From the NCBI GenBank assembly GCA_965197905.1, contig CBDAOB010000004.1, positions 1,152,001 to 1,216,000 of the forward strand: a DNA stretch of 64,000 nucleotides. The letters run 5' to 3'. Each line of letters begins with the position of its first letter. Positions within the stretch are counted from its first letter, which is position 1. The notes beneath the pieces were generated by a model. It had not been told where the DNA came from. It saw only the letters and a program-made list of their open reading frames with translations, and did no database searches. Shown here in pieces: positions 9,236-18,746 of this stretch. A program made the position numbers and the translations under genes. The stretch comes from Candidatus Latescibacterota bacterium. Lineage in GTDB: Bacteria; Latescibacterota; UBA2968; UBA8231.

Positions 9236-10521
9236 TCCTTTGCAGCGTATCGTTTATAGACGGCCAGCGTGTTGCGAGCCATCGTGGTGTCGTCGAATCT
9301 TTCTCGCACCGCCTGCTGGCCCGAGCTGCCGAATTCGATTCTGCGTGCCGGATCTTCCGCGAGTTGCCCCAGCGCTTCACCGATAGCAACCGCGGAGTTC
9401 GGGTCTACCAGCACCCCACCACCGGTGGCTGCTATCAGCTCCGGAAACGCGCCATGCCGCGGTTCTACCACTGGGATCCCGGCGGCCAGCGACTCCAATA
9501 CGAATAGACCCTTAGGGTCGGCATAGGTGGTGGGCACCGATAGAACATCAAGTCGCTGCAGAAACGCAATCTTTTCCTCCCGCGTAACCTCTCCTTTGTA
9601 GATGACCCTGCCCTCGAGGCCGCGTTCCCGAACCTGGCGCATCAGGTCCTGGAAATAAACTCGGTCCGCGCTGCCGAGATATCCAGCGATCCTCAGGGTC
9701 AAATTCTCTTTTCCGAGACGATCACTCAGCTGAAAGAACGCCTCGATGAGGAGGTGCAGCCCCTTCTCCGGGCAGATGCGGGCCAGATAACCGATGTTGA
9801 AAGGTCCTTCCTCGTGGACCGGATCACTGTACCCGTTAAGAGCAATGCCCAGGTGAACTACGTCGACCCTCTCGGGTGGCACTCCGAGTAACGTGGCCAT
9901 ATAGTCGGAGTAATAGGCACAGGGCGCAACGAATCCATCCGCATCTGCGGCCCGTTGACGCAAAAGGCGCAATACTTGCGACTTGTAGGGTTCGATGAGA
10001 CCGTCGACGAACAGGTCCTCGCCCTGCAGAGCACAGAGCACCGGCACTCCCAGCTGTCGTTTGAGCTCGAGGGCGAATCCGAGGAATAAGGAGTTGGGCA
10101 GCTGCACCAGGTCGGGCTTGAAAACGCGAGCCAGCCAGTCGACCAGCTTGGCCAATTCCTTGCGTTGGCGACCTTGCTCCCCCTCCAGCACCGACAGCGT
10201 GAGTGCGCCCAGATCAGCGGCACTGGTAGAGGCGCTGAACCTGGATAGGCTGTTGAGCAATAGCGGGCGATCGAGCAAGCGGTCGATCGCCGCAGGCGTA
10301 TGGCGAAAGAGCGCCAATTTCTGTTGTAGATATACGTTTATGCCTCCGAAGAACACGCGGTCGATGCTGACATCCTCCTCGTCGGTCCGCAGCGGGGTAT
10401 ACGTGGGTACCAGAACGAGGTCAATCCCCAGCCTCTGGAGTGCAGCAGCGAGGGTATTGTCGTGAATGCAGCTGCCGCAATACATGCCGGCCGCTCCGGC
10501 GGCTATGCAGGCGACCTTCAT
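9232..10521 (-). CDS. Glycosyltransferase family 4 (GT-B) with an N-terminal YCGSC motif
   Basis: GYLARICPEKG and DPKGLFVLESLAAGIPVV motifs. Start ATG 10521 overlaps the symporter stop (ATGA). Confidence 0.9.
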   Translation of the reverse strand: MKVACIAAGAAGMYCGSCIHDNTLAAALQRLGIDLVLVPTYTPLRTDEEDVSIDRVFFGGINVYLQQKLALFRHTPAAIDRLLDRPLLLNSLSRFSASTSAADLGALTLSVLEGEQGRQRKELAKLVDWLARVFKPDLVQLPNSLFLGFALELKRQLGVPVLCALQGEDLFVDGLIEPYKSQVLRLLRQRAADADGFVAPCAYYSDYMATLLGVPPERVDVVHLGIALNGYSDPVHEEGPFNIGYLARICPEKGLHLLIEAFFQLSDRLGKENLTLRIAGYLGSADRVYFQDLMRQVRERGLEGRVIYKGEVTREEKIAFLQRLDVLSVPTTYADPKGLFVLESLAAGIPVVEPRHGAFPELIAATGGGVLVDPNSAVAIGEALGQLAEDPARRIEFGSSGQQAVRERFDDTTMARNTLAVYKRYAAKE

Positions 10522-11987
10522 CTTCGGTCCAGGTCGAAGAATCTCGCGATCTGTGCGGCTTCGGGGGGTCGGGTGAGCAGCGATCCAATGACCATGCTCG
10601 CCGTTGAAACCAGAAACATCGCCGCTACGGGCATCACCCCCGTCCCTGCCACGGTGTAGTCCGGGATCTGGCGGCTCGCCAAGAAGAAATAGATCCACAT
10701 CACCACTACGCTCGCGACACTGGCCGCGACCCCGTATTTGGTGCTGCGTTTCCAAAAGAGGGCGGCGACCACAATCGGAAACAGGGCGGCAAATCCGGTA
10801 AATGACCAGATCGCCATCTTGAAGATGCTGCGATCCACGACGAGCGACAGAACGTAGGTCAGGGCAAGAATGGCGATCACGAACAGTCGACCACTGCGTA
10901 CCTGCTGCCGTTCGCCCATGCTGTCGTGAAAACCGTAATGGCGTACAATGTCCTGGGTGAACATGGTCCCCAGGGAAAGCACCTGGGAGTCAAGCGAAGA
11001 CATGATGGCGGCGAACACGCCGGCGGCCAGCAAACCGGCGAGAATTCCAGGGGCGTACTGATCGATCATCCGGATCAGGATGCTGTTGGCGGCCGGCCCT
11101 TCCAAACCGGGAAAATCGACCGAGCCCAAGATTCCCAACAGCACGCTGGGTATCCAGACGATGGCGATGCACAGAGGATAGCAGATCAGCGGCCAGCGAA
11201 AGGTGCGAGCGCTTTTCGCTGTCAGGCAATGCATGAACATGTGGGGAAACATGCCCACCGACAGCGGCACGAAGGTGTAGGATAACATCTCGATGGGAGA
11301 GACACGAGCACCGCGAACAAGCAGCTCAGGTTGCTGCCCCGCTACCCTCGACAGAGCATGTTGCAACCCACCCATCCGGTCGACAATTACAAAGAAGGCC
11401 ACGGCGCCCAGTACCATGAATACCATGGTCTGAAACGCGTTGGCCCAGGCAGTGCCACGGAGTCCTCCCGAACAGACGTAGACCAGAACCACGACGCAGA
11501 CGAGCAACCCCCCTAACCATTGAGGAATCTCGCCCCCGGTAATCTGGTGCATGGTGATACCCCCTCCCATCACGCCGATCAAGAGATACGGTATGACCAA
11601 TGCCACCAAAACGACAAAGAGCAATAGACCCAGAAGATCAGATCCCCACCGCTGACGAAAATATTCTACCTGGGTCAAAAACCCGAATCGTTTCCCCAAC
11701 GACCACAGACGGGTTCCAACGAAAAAAAACACCGCCGGAATGATCAGCGCCGAGGAAGAGGCCATAAGGGCGAAGACACCGATGCCAACGTGGTAAGCTT
11801 GTGCCGACGCGCCAAGAATGGCAAAGGCAGTCATGTTGGTGCCAAAAAGCGACATCAACAGGAGAAAGGGACCGATGGTGCGGCTGGCCACAAAATAATC
11901 TTCGCCGGTGCCACGGAAGAGTCGGTGGCTCAGCCCGCCGATGACGATAACCAGGCCCAGATAGACGAGAATGACCGTTGTCGTCAG
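10518..11987 (-). CDS. Sodium:solute symporter (SSS family)
   Basis: EDYFVASR, GGLRGTAW and AAIMSSLDS motifs with about 13 TM helices. The start appears to be CTG 11987, after GGAGGA. Confidence 0.9.
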   Translation of the reverse strand: MTTTVILVYLGLVIVIGGLSHRLFRGTGEDYFVASRTIGPFLLLMSLFGTNMTAFAILGASAQAYHVGIGVFALMASSSALIIPAVFFFVGTRLWSLGKRFGFLTQVEYFRQRWGSDLLGLLLFVVLVALVIPYLLIGVMGGGITMHQITGGEIPQWLGGLLVCVVVLVYVCSGGLRGTAWANAFQTMVFMVLGAVAFFVIVDRMGGLQHALSRVAGQQPELLVRGARVSPIEMLSYTFVPLSVGMFPHMFMHCLTAKSARTFRWPLICYPLCIAIVWIPSVLLGILGSVDFPGLEGPAANSILIRMIDQYAPGILAGLLAAGVFAAIMSSLDSQVLSLGTMFTQDIVRHYGFHDSMGERQQVRSGRLFVIAILALTYVLSLVVDRSIFKMAIWSFTGFAALFPIVVAALFWKRSTKYGVAASVASVVVMWIYFFLASRQIPDYTVAGTGVMPVAAMFLVSTASMVIGSLLTRPPEAAQIARFFDLDRR

Positions 11988-12205
11988 GGTCGGTCCTCCC
12001 CCGCGTCGACCTCTTCCGGCCAGGCATGACCTACCAAAAGCCACATTATCAAGGCAGCTGCGACACAGAAACCGACATGGTAGAGCAGGCCGATGGGAAG
12101 CGCGAACAGGATCCGATCGTCATGCCAGAACCACAAATCGTTGTGAAGCAGATAGAGAAGGAACAGAAGCAGGTACAACAGCGGGCGAACCCGAATATTC
12201 GTCAC
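11984..12205 (-). CDS. Small 2-TM symporter-associated protein (DUF3311-like)
   Basis: LHNDLWFW...LPIGLLYH...WP, 73 aa, immediately upstream of the SSS gene. GTGA overlap with the upstream stop. Confidence 0.8.
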   Translation of the reverse strand: MTNIRVRPLLYLLLFLLYLLHNDLWFWHDDRILFALPIGLLYHVGFCVAAALIMWLLVGHAWPEEVDAGEDRP

Positions 12206-13449
12206 GAGACCAATTCCGCACCGCACATCTCGCGCAGCGGTCCGAACACGATGGGCACCGATTCGCTGAAGACGTTGCCGCTGAGGATGTCGACGATGCC
12301 CTGCTTGCAATGAGGGTATCGCTGTAGAAAGCTGGAAAAGCTGAAATCCTTCGTGTAAAAGGCCTGTACCAGATTACGCACCGCCCCCATCGCGCTCTCG
12401 ACATTGTCGGCGAAGGCGCCCAGACGCGATGCGGACAGATCGTCCTGGTCGAACGCTTCGCCGATGGCGTCGGCCGCCCACTCTCCTGTTTTCAAAGCCA
12501 GGAATACTCCGGAGGAATAGATCGGATCCAGAAAACCATAGGCATCTCCCACCAGCAGCCAACCTTCTCCAGCCAATCGTCGGGCACGGTAGGAAAAGTC
12601 CTGGGTGACGCGGACCGGAAAGAGTTGCTCCGCTCCTTGCAGCCGATTCAACAGAGGGCGGCAACGAGACAGCTCGTCGTCAAAGATCTGCTGGGCGTTT
12701 TCGCTACGGTTTTGCAGCAGATAATCCAAGGAGCCGACGACACCGATGCTGGTGCAATCGTTCGCCAGCGGAATCGACCAGAACCATGAATCCTTGTTTT
12801 CGGTGAGCAGCACGAGAGTCGCACCTTCGTCGATGCCTGGATCGCGCGTGGCGCCGCGAACGTGGGTGAAAATCGAGGCTTTCTTGAGTTCGGGATCGAC
12901 CATCTTCAGAGCGAGTTTACGCGCCAGCAAAGCGCTTTGCCCGCTGGCGTCGGCGACGATGCGCGAGCGCAAGTTACACACACGGCCATCGGGCAATCTC
13001 ACCTCTGCACCTTCGGCTCGATCGCCGTCGAAGAGCACCCTCTGCACGGCAGCCCCGCGCACGACTTCAACGCCGATATCGGCGGCATTATCCAGGAGCA
13101 TCTGGTCAAACTCACTGCGCAACACCTGCCAGGTGACGGAACTCTCGTGGGGATCGTTCTCGGAAAAGTAGAACGGAGCCGATGCCTTGCCGCTGTGACT
13201 GTAGAACTGGACGCTGTGTTTTCGGGGAAAATGACTCGCTCCCAAACGCTCGAGCACACCAAGTCGCTGAAAGGTCCAGTAGGTAGCCGGCATCAGGGAT
13301 TCGCCGATCTTGAAGGTCGGTTCGGAAGCCCGCTCAAACAGCAGAACCCGGTACCCCGACTTCGCAACCAGAGCCGCCACTGTGCTTCCCGCCGGCCCGC
13401 CCCCGATGACAATTAGATCGGATAAAGTATCTGCCGTGAGGTTTGTCAT
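12202..13449 (-). CDS. Flavin-dependent halogenase-type FAD oxidoreductase
   Basis: GGGPAG, IGESL, a Lys in FPRKHSV, WFWSIP (WxWxIP) and GDAYGFLDPIYSSG. Confidence 0.85.
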   Translation of the reverse strand: MTNLTADTLSDLIVIGGGPAGSTVAALVAKSGYRVLLFERASEPTFKIGESLMPATYWTFQRLGVLERLGASHFPRKHSVQFYSHSGKASAPFYFSENDPHESSVTWQVLRSEFDQMLLDNAADIGVEVVRGAAVQRVLFDGDRAEGAEVRLPDGRVCNLRSRIVADASGQSALLARKLALKMVDPELKKASIFTHVRGATRDPGIDEGATLVLLTENKDSWFWSIPLANDCTSIGVVGSLDYLLQNRSENAQQIFDDELSRCRPLLNRLQGAEQLFPVRVTQDFSYRARRLAGEGWLLVGDAYGFLDPIYSSGVFLALKTGEWAADAIGEAFDQDDLSASRLGAFADNVESAMGAVRNLVQAFYTKDFSFSSFLQRYPHCKQGIVDILSGNVFSESVPIVFGPLREMCGAELVS

Positions 13450-14747
13450 GAGTGCTCGGTGACGCGGTGGTCGGTCACCCGTCGCGATTTCAGCTCGAAA
13501 CGAGGCAGCGAACCCGGCGATACGGCGGTGACCTGCATGCGCAGGCCAAGCTTCAGCTGCAGGGCGTTGGAAATAGCTGACTCAATCTGACGCGGCGGCT
13601 CGCCGGCCGCCTCGATCTGGATTCGAACCTCGTCCATGCTGCCGCGACGATAAACGTCCACTGCAAACTCGGTTATTGCCTCAAATTCACGAACGACATT
13701 TTCGATCGCGCTGGGGAAGAAGACGAGTCCGCGAACGATGAGCGAATCGTCCAAACGTCCCATGACACCGCCCTCCGTACGACGCAGGCTACGGCCACAG
13801 CCGCATGCTCGGGATGATGCCAGCTTGATGCGGTCTCCAGTGCGGTAGCGCAACACGGGGCTCCCGGTGCGACCGAGATTGGTGATCACCAGTTCCCCAT
13901 CGTCGGTATCGTCGCCTGTGTCCGGGTCGATGACCTCGATCACAAACTCGTTTTCATTCAGGTGCAGTCCATCTTGGACATCGCACTCGTATCCCCAGGC
14001 CCCCACCTCGGTGGCGCCAGCATGATCGAAACAGCGGGCACCCCAGGCCTCTTCGATGCGACGTTTCGTAGCAGGAAGGCTGGCCCCCGGCTCTCCAGCG
14101 TGTATGGTGGTGCTCACGGCCGACGCTCGCAGGTCCAGCCCGTTTGCGACCGCCACCTCCGCCAGGTGCAGTGCGTAGGTCGGCGTGCAGACGAGTACAG
14201 TTGCGCCGTTGTCGATTATGGAATGCAACCGTTGTTCGGTAGACATGCCGCCGCCGGAGATGGCGAGACAGCCGATCGCCCGGGCACCCTCCAAAGCGCT
14301 CCAGAATCCGATGAATGGACCGAAAGAAAACGCGAAAAACACCCGATCCTCCGAGCCGACGCCAGCCGACCGGTAGACCGAGGACCAGCATTCCGCCCAC
14401 CAGGACCAGCTCTCCTCCGTGTCCAACCAGCGCAGTGGCTGACCCATGGTCCCTGAGGTTTGGTGAATCCGAATGTAGTCTTCGACGGAATACGTCAGGT
14501 TCGTACCGTAGGGTGGATGGCCCTGCTGGTCGACACTGAGCTCCTCGCGGGTGGTGAAAGGGAGACGGCGATAGGCAGCCAGGTCTACGAGGTCGTCGGC
14601 GCTGCGGATTCCGGCATTACTCAGCCTGGGGCCATAGAACTCGTTGCTTTCGAGAAGCGCAGCCGCCAGCATGCGCAAGCGCTGCAACTGTTGACGTTCC
14701 CGCTGGTCAACGGAGAGCGTATCACCCGGTGGAACTACAGCGCCCAT
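13446..14747 (-). CDS. Phenylacetate-CoA ligase (PaaK)-like acyl-CoA ligase
   Basis: LPFTTREEL, HQTSGTMG, CTPTYALHL, AGEPG, DHAGATE, LRYRTGD and GRLDD motifs. Confidence 0.9.
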   Translation of the reverse strand: MGAVVPPGDTLSVDQRERQQLQRLRMLAAALLESNEFYGPRLSNAGIRSADDLVDLAAYRRLPFTTREELSVDQQGHPPYGTNLTYSVEDYIRIHQTSGTMGQPLRWLDTEESWSWWAECWSSVYRSAGVGSEDRVFFAFSFGPFIGFWSALEGARAIGCLAISGGGMSTEQRLHSIIDNGATVLVCTPTYALHLAEVAVANGLDLRASAVSTTIHAGEPGASLPATKRRIEEAWGARCFDHAGATEVGAWGYECDVQDGLHLNENEFVIEVIDPDTGDDTDDGELVITNLGRTGSPVLRYRTGDRIKLASSRACGCGRSLRRTEGGVMGRLDDSLIVRGLVFFPSAIENVVREFEAITEFAVDVYRRGSMDEVRIQIEAAGEPPRQIESAISNALQLKLGLRMQVTAVSPGSLPRFELKSRRVTDHRVTEHS

Positions 14748-16834
14748 TCCAACTCGAACCCCAGAGTCGCGGGAGGTGCCGGTATGACGGAAGTATTGCC
14801 GAAACCCCGCGTTTCGAAGTCGCGGTCGGTAAGATTCTTCAGATACATCCGGGCGCCTGCGTGGCGCAGGTTGAGGCGCAACGCCAGGTCGAATATCAAC
14901 CCGTCGCGCATCTCGAAATCGTTGTCGGCCGCAATGAATTGCGTTCCCGCGTATCGGGCGCCGAGACTCACCTCCGCATGACGCCCGAGGTTTCGCGTCG
15001 TCCACAGATTGAGCATGTGCTCCGGCGCGAACGGAGCGGTATTCCCCGACCGGTCGAAGGTTTGGAACTGAACTCCGGTTGCGGTGAGGACCTGGGCGGT
15101 TTCACGAAATTCGGTCAACTCGGCGGAGGTGTAGGCATAGGTCACGAAGCCGTGCCAACCGGGCGTTATCTGTGCCGACAGATCGAGCTCCAAACCTCGG
15201 GAACGTTGATCTCCGGTTTCCCGCAAAACCCCACGGTCGTCCGGTATCGCCAGGTTCGACTTTTTCAACTGATAGAGGGCGAACGTGCCGGTGATACGAC
15301 CATCGAAGGCGTTCAACTTCGAACCTACCTCCATCTGAGCGCTCTCCTCCGCCTTGCGCTTGCCCACCACCTGACTGGAAGGCGGCGCAAACCCGAGACC
15401 GACATTGGTATAGATGGACCAATCGTTGGACAGTCGGTAGACGGCGCCGATCATAGGACTTAGACGCCGGTAGTCCCGATCCGTGTCGGTGTCGTCGTCG
15501 CGGTAGTCAAGATAATCGAAGCGGCTGCCCAGAAAGAGCTCGTAACGCTCATCCACACTGACATTGTGGACCAGATAGGGAGCTATGGTGAGAGTGCGGG
15601 CATCAGCAGACGAGAATTGACCTGGAATTATCGCCCACGGCTTCGAGGCGGTTTCCAACGGATTGAACAGGTCGATGCTGGGAAGGGCTGCGACATCCAA
15701 CGCAAACTCGTCCGTCCATCGACCTACCTCGAAACCAGCCATGGTTTGGTGCTTCAAGCCGAATCCGGAAAAACTGATCGCCGTTTCCAGCTGGTTGCCC
15801 ACCAACCGCTGACGGTCGTCGAGAATCAAAAGCGTGCGGAACAGGTCTAGGGAACCGCTGGCATTGGGAAAGGCGCCATTAAAAAGAGTCCCTCTGGAAG
15901 GCCAGTCCAGATCAGTGTAATACAGCTTGTTGCGCAGCGTCAGATGATCGGTTATCCGATTGACGTATTCGACTCGGGCCCTGTAGGTGTCCTGGCTGGA
16001 GCCGTCGAACGGTGATTGGTAGGACCGCCGGCGGGGCACGTCGGCGATTTCGGAACCGACGATGGGGAGCCCGGAGTCACTGGCGTAATCACTGCGAAAG
16101 TACTCCAGATCGACGTATAGATTCGCGGTTTCGCTGAGACGCCATGAGAGCACCGGATTCACGCCGAAGGCGGAATTCTCCTTGTCCTGACGGTAATTGT
16201 CCGAATCCTGCCACAACAGATTGCCACGAATGGCGACACCGGCAGGTTGGCTTGCCCATCCCAGATCGAGCTTCCCGCGGAACGATGATGGAAAGCGACC
16301 CGCAGCGGCGTTGATGACGGCGAATCGGCCGAACAACGGCCGTTTGCGCACCAGATTGACCGCCCCCGACAGCGGATTACTGCCGTAGACAAACGCCCCC
16401 GGGCCTTTGAGGACCTCCACCCGTTCGAGGTTGTAGGTGTTGTAGAAGCTCACCTCCGGTTCCTGCACCCCATCGGTAAGCACGAGCCCGCTCGACAGTG
16501 AATCGAACCCGCGGATGACAAAGAAATCGTGGGTGCCGAACCCTGTTTGAACATTGACACCACTGATGTTTTTCAAGGCGTCGCCCAGGACCACGGCGTT
16601 CTGACGTCTAAGCTGGACATCCGTAACGACACCCACACTGAGAGGAGTGCGCTGCAATGGTAGAGGGATCTTGGTCGCTACAGAGCTTGTGGTGGGCAGC
16701 TCGAGACGGCTATCGGTGACGACGATCTCCTCCAAGGTATATGAGAGGGAGTCTGGTGGGTTCGCCCACCCGTCGGTTGCTGTCAAACCCTGGAAAGAGA
16801 TCGCACTTGCGAGGAAAATCAGGATCGGTGTCAA
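14735..16834 (-). CDS. TonB-dependent outer-membrane receptor
   Basis: Signal peptide, TonB box EEIVVT, plug motifs IRGF and ERVEVLKGP..YG, and C-terminal barrel KNLTD...ELEWAL. TTG start after GGAGG. Confidence 0.93.
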   Translation of the reverse strand: MTPILIFLASAISFQGLTATDGWANPPDSLSYTLEEIVVTDSRLELPTTSSVATKIPLPLQRTPLSVGVVTDVQLRRQNAVVLGDALKNISGVNVQTGFGTHDFFVIRGFDSLSSGLVLTDGVQEPEVSFYNTYNLERVEVLKGPGAFVYGSNPLSGAVNLVRKRPLFGRFAVINAAAGRFPSSFRGKLDLGWASQPAGVAIRGNLLWQDSDNYRQDKENSAFGVNPVLSWRLSETANLYVDLEYFRSDYASDSGLPIVGSEIADVPRRRSYQSPFDGSSQDTYRARVEYVNRITDHLTLRNKLYYTDLDWPSRGTLFNGAFPNASGSLDLFRTLLILDDRQRLVGNQLETAISFSGFGLKHQTMAGFEVGRWTDEFALDVAALPSIDLFNPLETASKPWAIIPGQFSSADARTLTIAPYLVHNVSVDERYELFLGSRFDYLDYRDDDTDTDRDYRRLSPMIGAVYRLSNDWSIYTNVGLGFAPPSSQVVGKRKAEESAQMEVGSKLNAFDGRITGTFALYQLKKSNLAIPDDRGVLRETGDQRSRGLELDLSAQITPGWHGFVTYAYTSAELTEFRETAQVLTATGVQFQTFDRSGNTAPFAPEHMLNLWTTRNLGRHAEVSLGARYAGTQFIAADNDFEMRDGLIFDLALRLNLRHAGARMYLKNLTDRDFETRGFGNTSVIPAPPATLGFELEWAL

Positions 16835-17168
16835 TTGTCCTCCAGCTGTTCGCCACTCTCAGCAAGCTGAGCTTTGGCAGTTTCGTACAGGTCCTGTGGC
16901 AGCGGGCCGGCCTCGACCGCGCGAAGGTTGCTGCACAAATGATCCAGGTCTCCGGTACCGACAATGCTTGTGTGACAACCCGGATGGGAAAGCGCATAGC
17001 GCAACATGAACTCGTGGCGTTTCATGTCACCGGCCACGGTGGACAGGCCGGACCTTTCGGCGCGTCTGTCTTGCCGATTTGGATCCATGAGCTCTGGGAG
17101 CGCCGTCCCGTACCGAGATGGGTCTCCTGGAGCCCGGTCCGACCCAACCTTCGGAGTGGAAGCGACAT
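16831..17168 (-). pseudogene. Aldo/keto reductase remnant with a large internal deletion
   Basis: The AKR N-terminus MSLPLRRLGRTGLQETHLG is joined out of frame to the AKR C-terminus EFMLRYALSHP..IVGT..HL..NL..GPLP. Only 338 nt remain. Confidence 0.8.
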
Positions 17169-17289
17169 CGTTCCGGCCTTCGTTTTGGTGGCGTCGGGAG
17201 TAGATAAACCTACACATATAAAAAATAATCCGCCGAAGCAGGACAACTCCGGCATTAGTCCCTATTATTTCTGGGGGAGAGACAACGAA

Positions 17290-18735
17290 ATGCCAGATGA
17301 AAAAATGAACAGATATTTCGACGATTGGCGAAAGCGGGAGGAGATCGCCGAATCGATGATTCCGATCATTGGCGGCCTATATCGCGACCATGGTGTGGTC
17401 ACGACTTTGTACGGCCGGTCGCTTATCAACAAGTCGACTATCGATATCCTCAAGGCGCATCGCTTCACCCGGAAGATCCTCTCGGCGGAGCTCTCCATCC
17501 TCTCAACCCGGTCAGTTCTTGAGGCGATCTGCAAGCTGGAGCTGGCACCGGCTCGAATCGACATCGGAAAATTGACCGCGAATTTCGTGAAAAACGGAAA
17601 TGGCGCCGATGTCGACGCCTTCGTGAAGCGGGAACTGGCGGTCATAAAAACACTGGATACCGTAGGCGATCGACCGCAGGACGTCGTGCTCTTCGGATTC
17701 GGTCGCGTCGGCCGCATGATTGCCCGGATTCTGATTGAACGCAGTGGCGGCGGCGACAAATGGCGGTTGCGCGCCATTGTCGTACAGAAGCGCAAGAATG
17801 ATAGCGTGCTCAAACGCGCCAGCCTGCTGCGGCGCGATTCGGTTCACGGCCAGTTTAACGGGACAATCACCGTCGACGAAGAGGAACAGGCGATCGTCGC
17901 CAATGGTAACATGATTCGCGTGTTATATGCGGATGGTCCCGAAAGCGTCGACTACACGAAGTATGGAATTTCCGAGGCGATCGTTGTTGACAACAGCGGC
18001 GCGTGGCGTGACCGCAAAGGGCTCGGGAGGCATTTCTTGTGCGACGGTGTGGCCAAGGTCGTTCTCACAGCTCCCGGCAAGGGCGACGTGCCCAACATCG
18101 TTTACGGCGTCAACAACAACTGCATCAACGATGAAGAGAACATCATCTCCGCGGGCAGCTGCACAACCAACGCCATCGTTCCGGTGTTGAAAGCGATCCA
18201 CGATCGCTTCGGCATCGAAAGTGGCCATATCGAGACCTGCCACTCCTATACCAACGACCAGAACCTCAACGACAATTTCCATCATTTCAGTCGTAGGGGA
18301 AGGGCGGCCCCCTTGAACATGGTCATTACCGAAACGGGAGCGGCGGAAGCGGTGGGCAAGGTGTTGCCCGACTTGGATGGCAGACTCACGGCGAACGCCA
18401 TCAGGGTGCCTACCCCGAACGTATCCCTGGCGATCCTGAGCCTCAACTTGAACAGCACGGTCTCGGTTGATCAGGTAAATGGTTACTTACGCGACATCTC
18501 GCTCGAGTCACCCCTGCAGGGGCAGATCGACTTCGTTAGCTCACCGGAAGTGGTGTCCACCGATTTTATAGGCAATATGAAGGCCGGCGTCGTCGACTCA
18601 CTGGCCACCATCGTTCAGGGCAGACGCTGCAACATCTACGTTTGGTACGACAACGAGTTCGGCTACAGCGTCCAGGTGGTGCGAATCCTTCAACATGTGG
18701 CGAACCTGGAGCTACCCTCTTTCCCCCGGGTTTAG
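17290..18735 (+). CDS. gap: Glyceraldehyde-3-phosphate dehydrogenase, long form with N-terminal extension (481 aa)
   Basis: GFGRVGR, DSVHG, SAGSCTTN catalytic Cys, HSYTNDQ, RVPT and WYDNEFGY. ATG 17290 follows GGGGGAG. Confidence 0.93.
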   Translation: MPDEKMNRYFDDWRKREEIAESMIPIIGGLYRDHGVVTTLYGRSLINKSTIDILKAHRFTRKILSAELSILSTRSVLEAICKLELAPARIDIGKLTANFVKNGNGADVDAFVKRELAVIKTLDTVGDRPQDVVLFGFGRVGRMIARILIERSGGGDKWRLRAIVVQKRKNDSVLKRASLLRRDSVHGQFNGTITVDEEEQAIVANGNMIRVLYADGPESVDYTKYGISEAIVVDNSGAWRDRKGLGRHFLCDGVAKVVLTAPGKGDVPNIVYGVNNNCINDEENIISAGSCTTNAIVPVLKAIHDRFGIESGHIETCHSYTNDQNLNDNFHHFSRRGRAAPLNMVITETGAAEAVGKVLPDLDGRLTANAIRVPTPNVSLAILSLNLNSTVSVDQVNGYLRDISLESPLQGQIDFVSSPEVVSTDFIGNMKAGVVDSLATIVQGRRCNIYVWYDNEFGYSVQVVRILQHVANLELPSFPRV

Positions 18736-18746
18736 CCCCCAGTTGC

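Noticed and set aside
13446..14747. Phenylacetate catabolism (paa operon)
   Set aside because: No paaABCDE/G/Z genes or benzoyl-CoA reductase; the neighbours are tailoring and export genes.
16741..17289. 183-codon N-terminal extension of the GAPDH ORF in the track
   Set aside because: It is antisense to the TonB receptor start and the AKR remnant; an SD and the family-typical start are at 17290.
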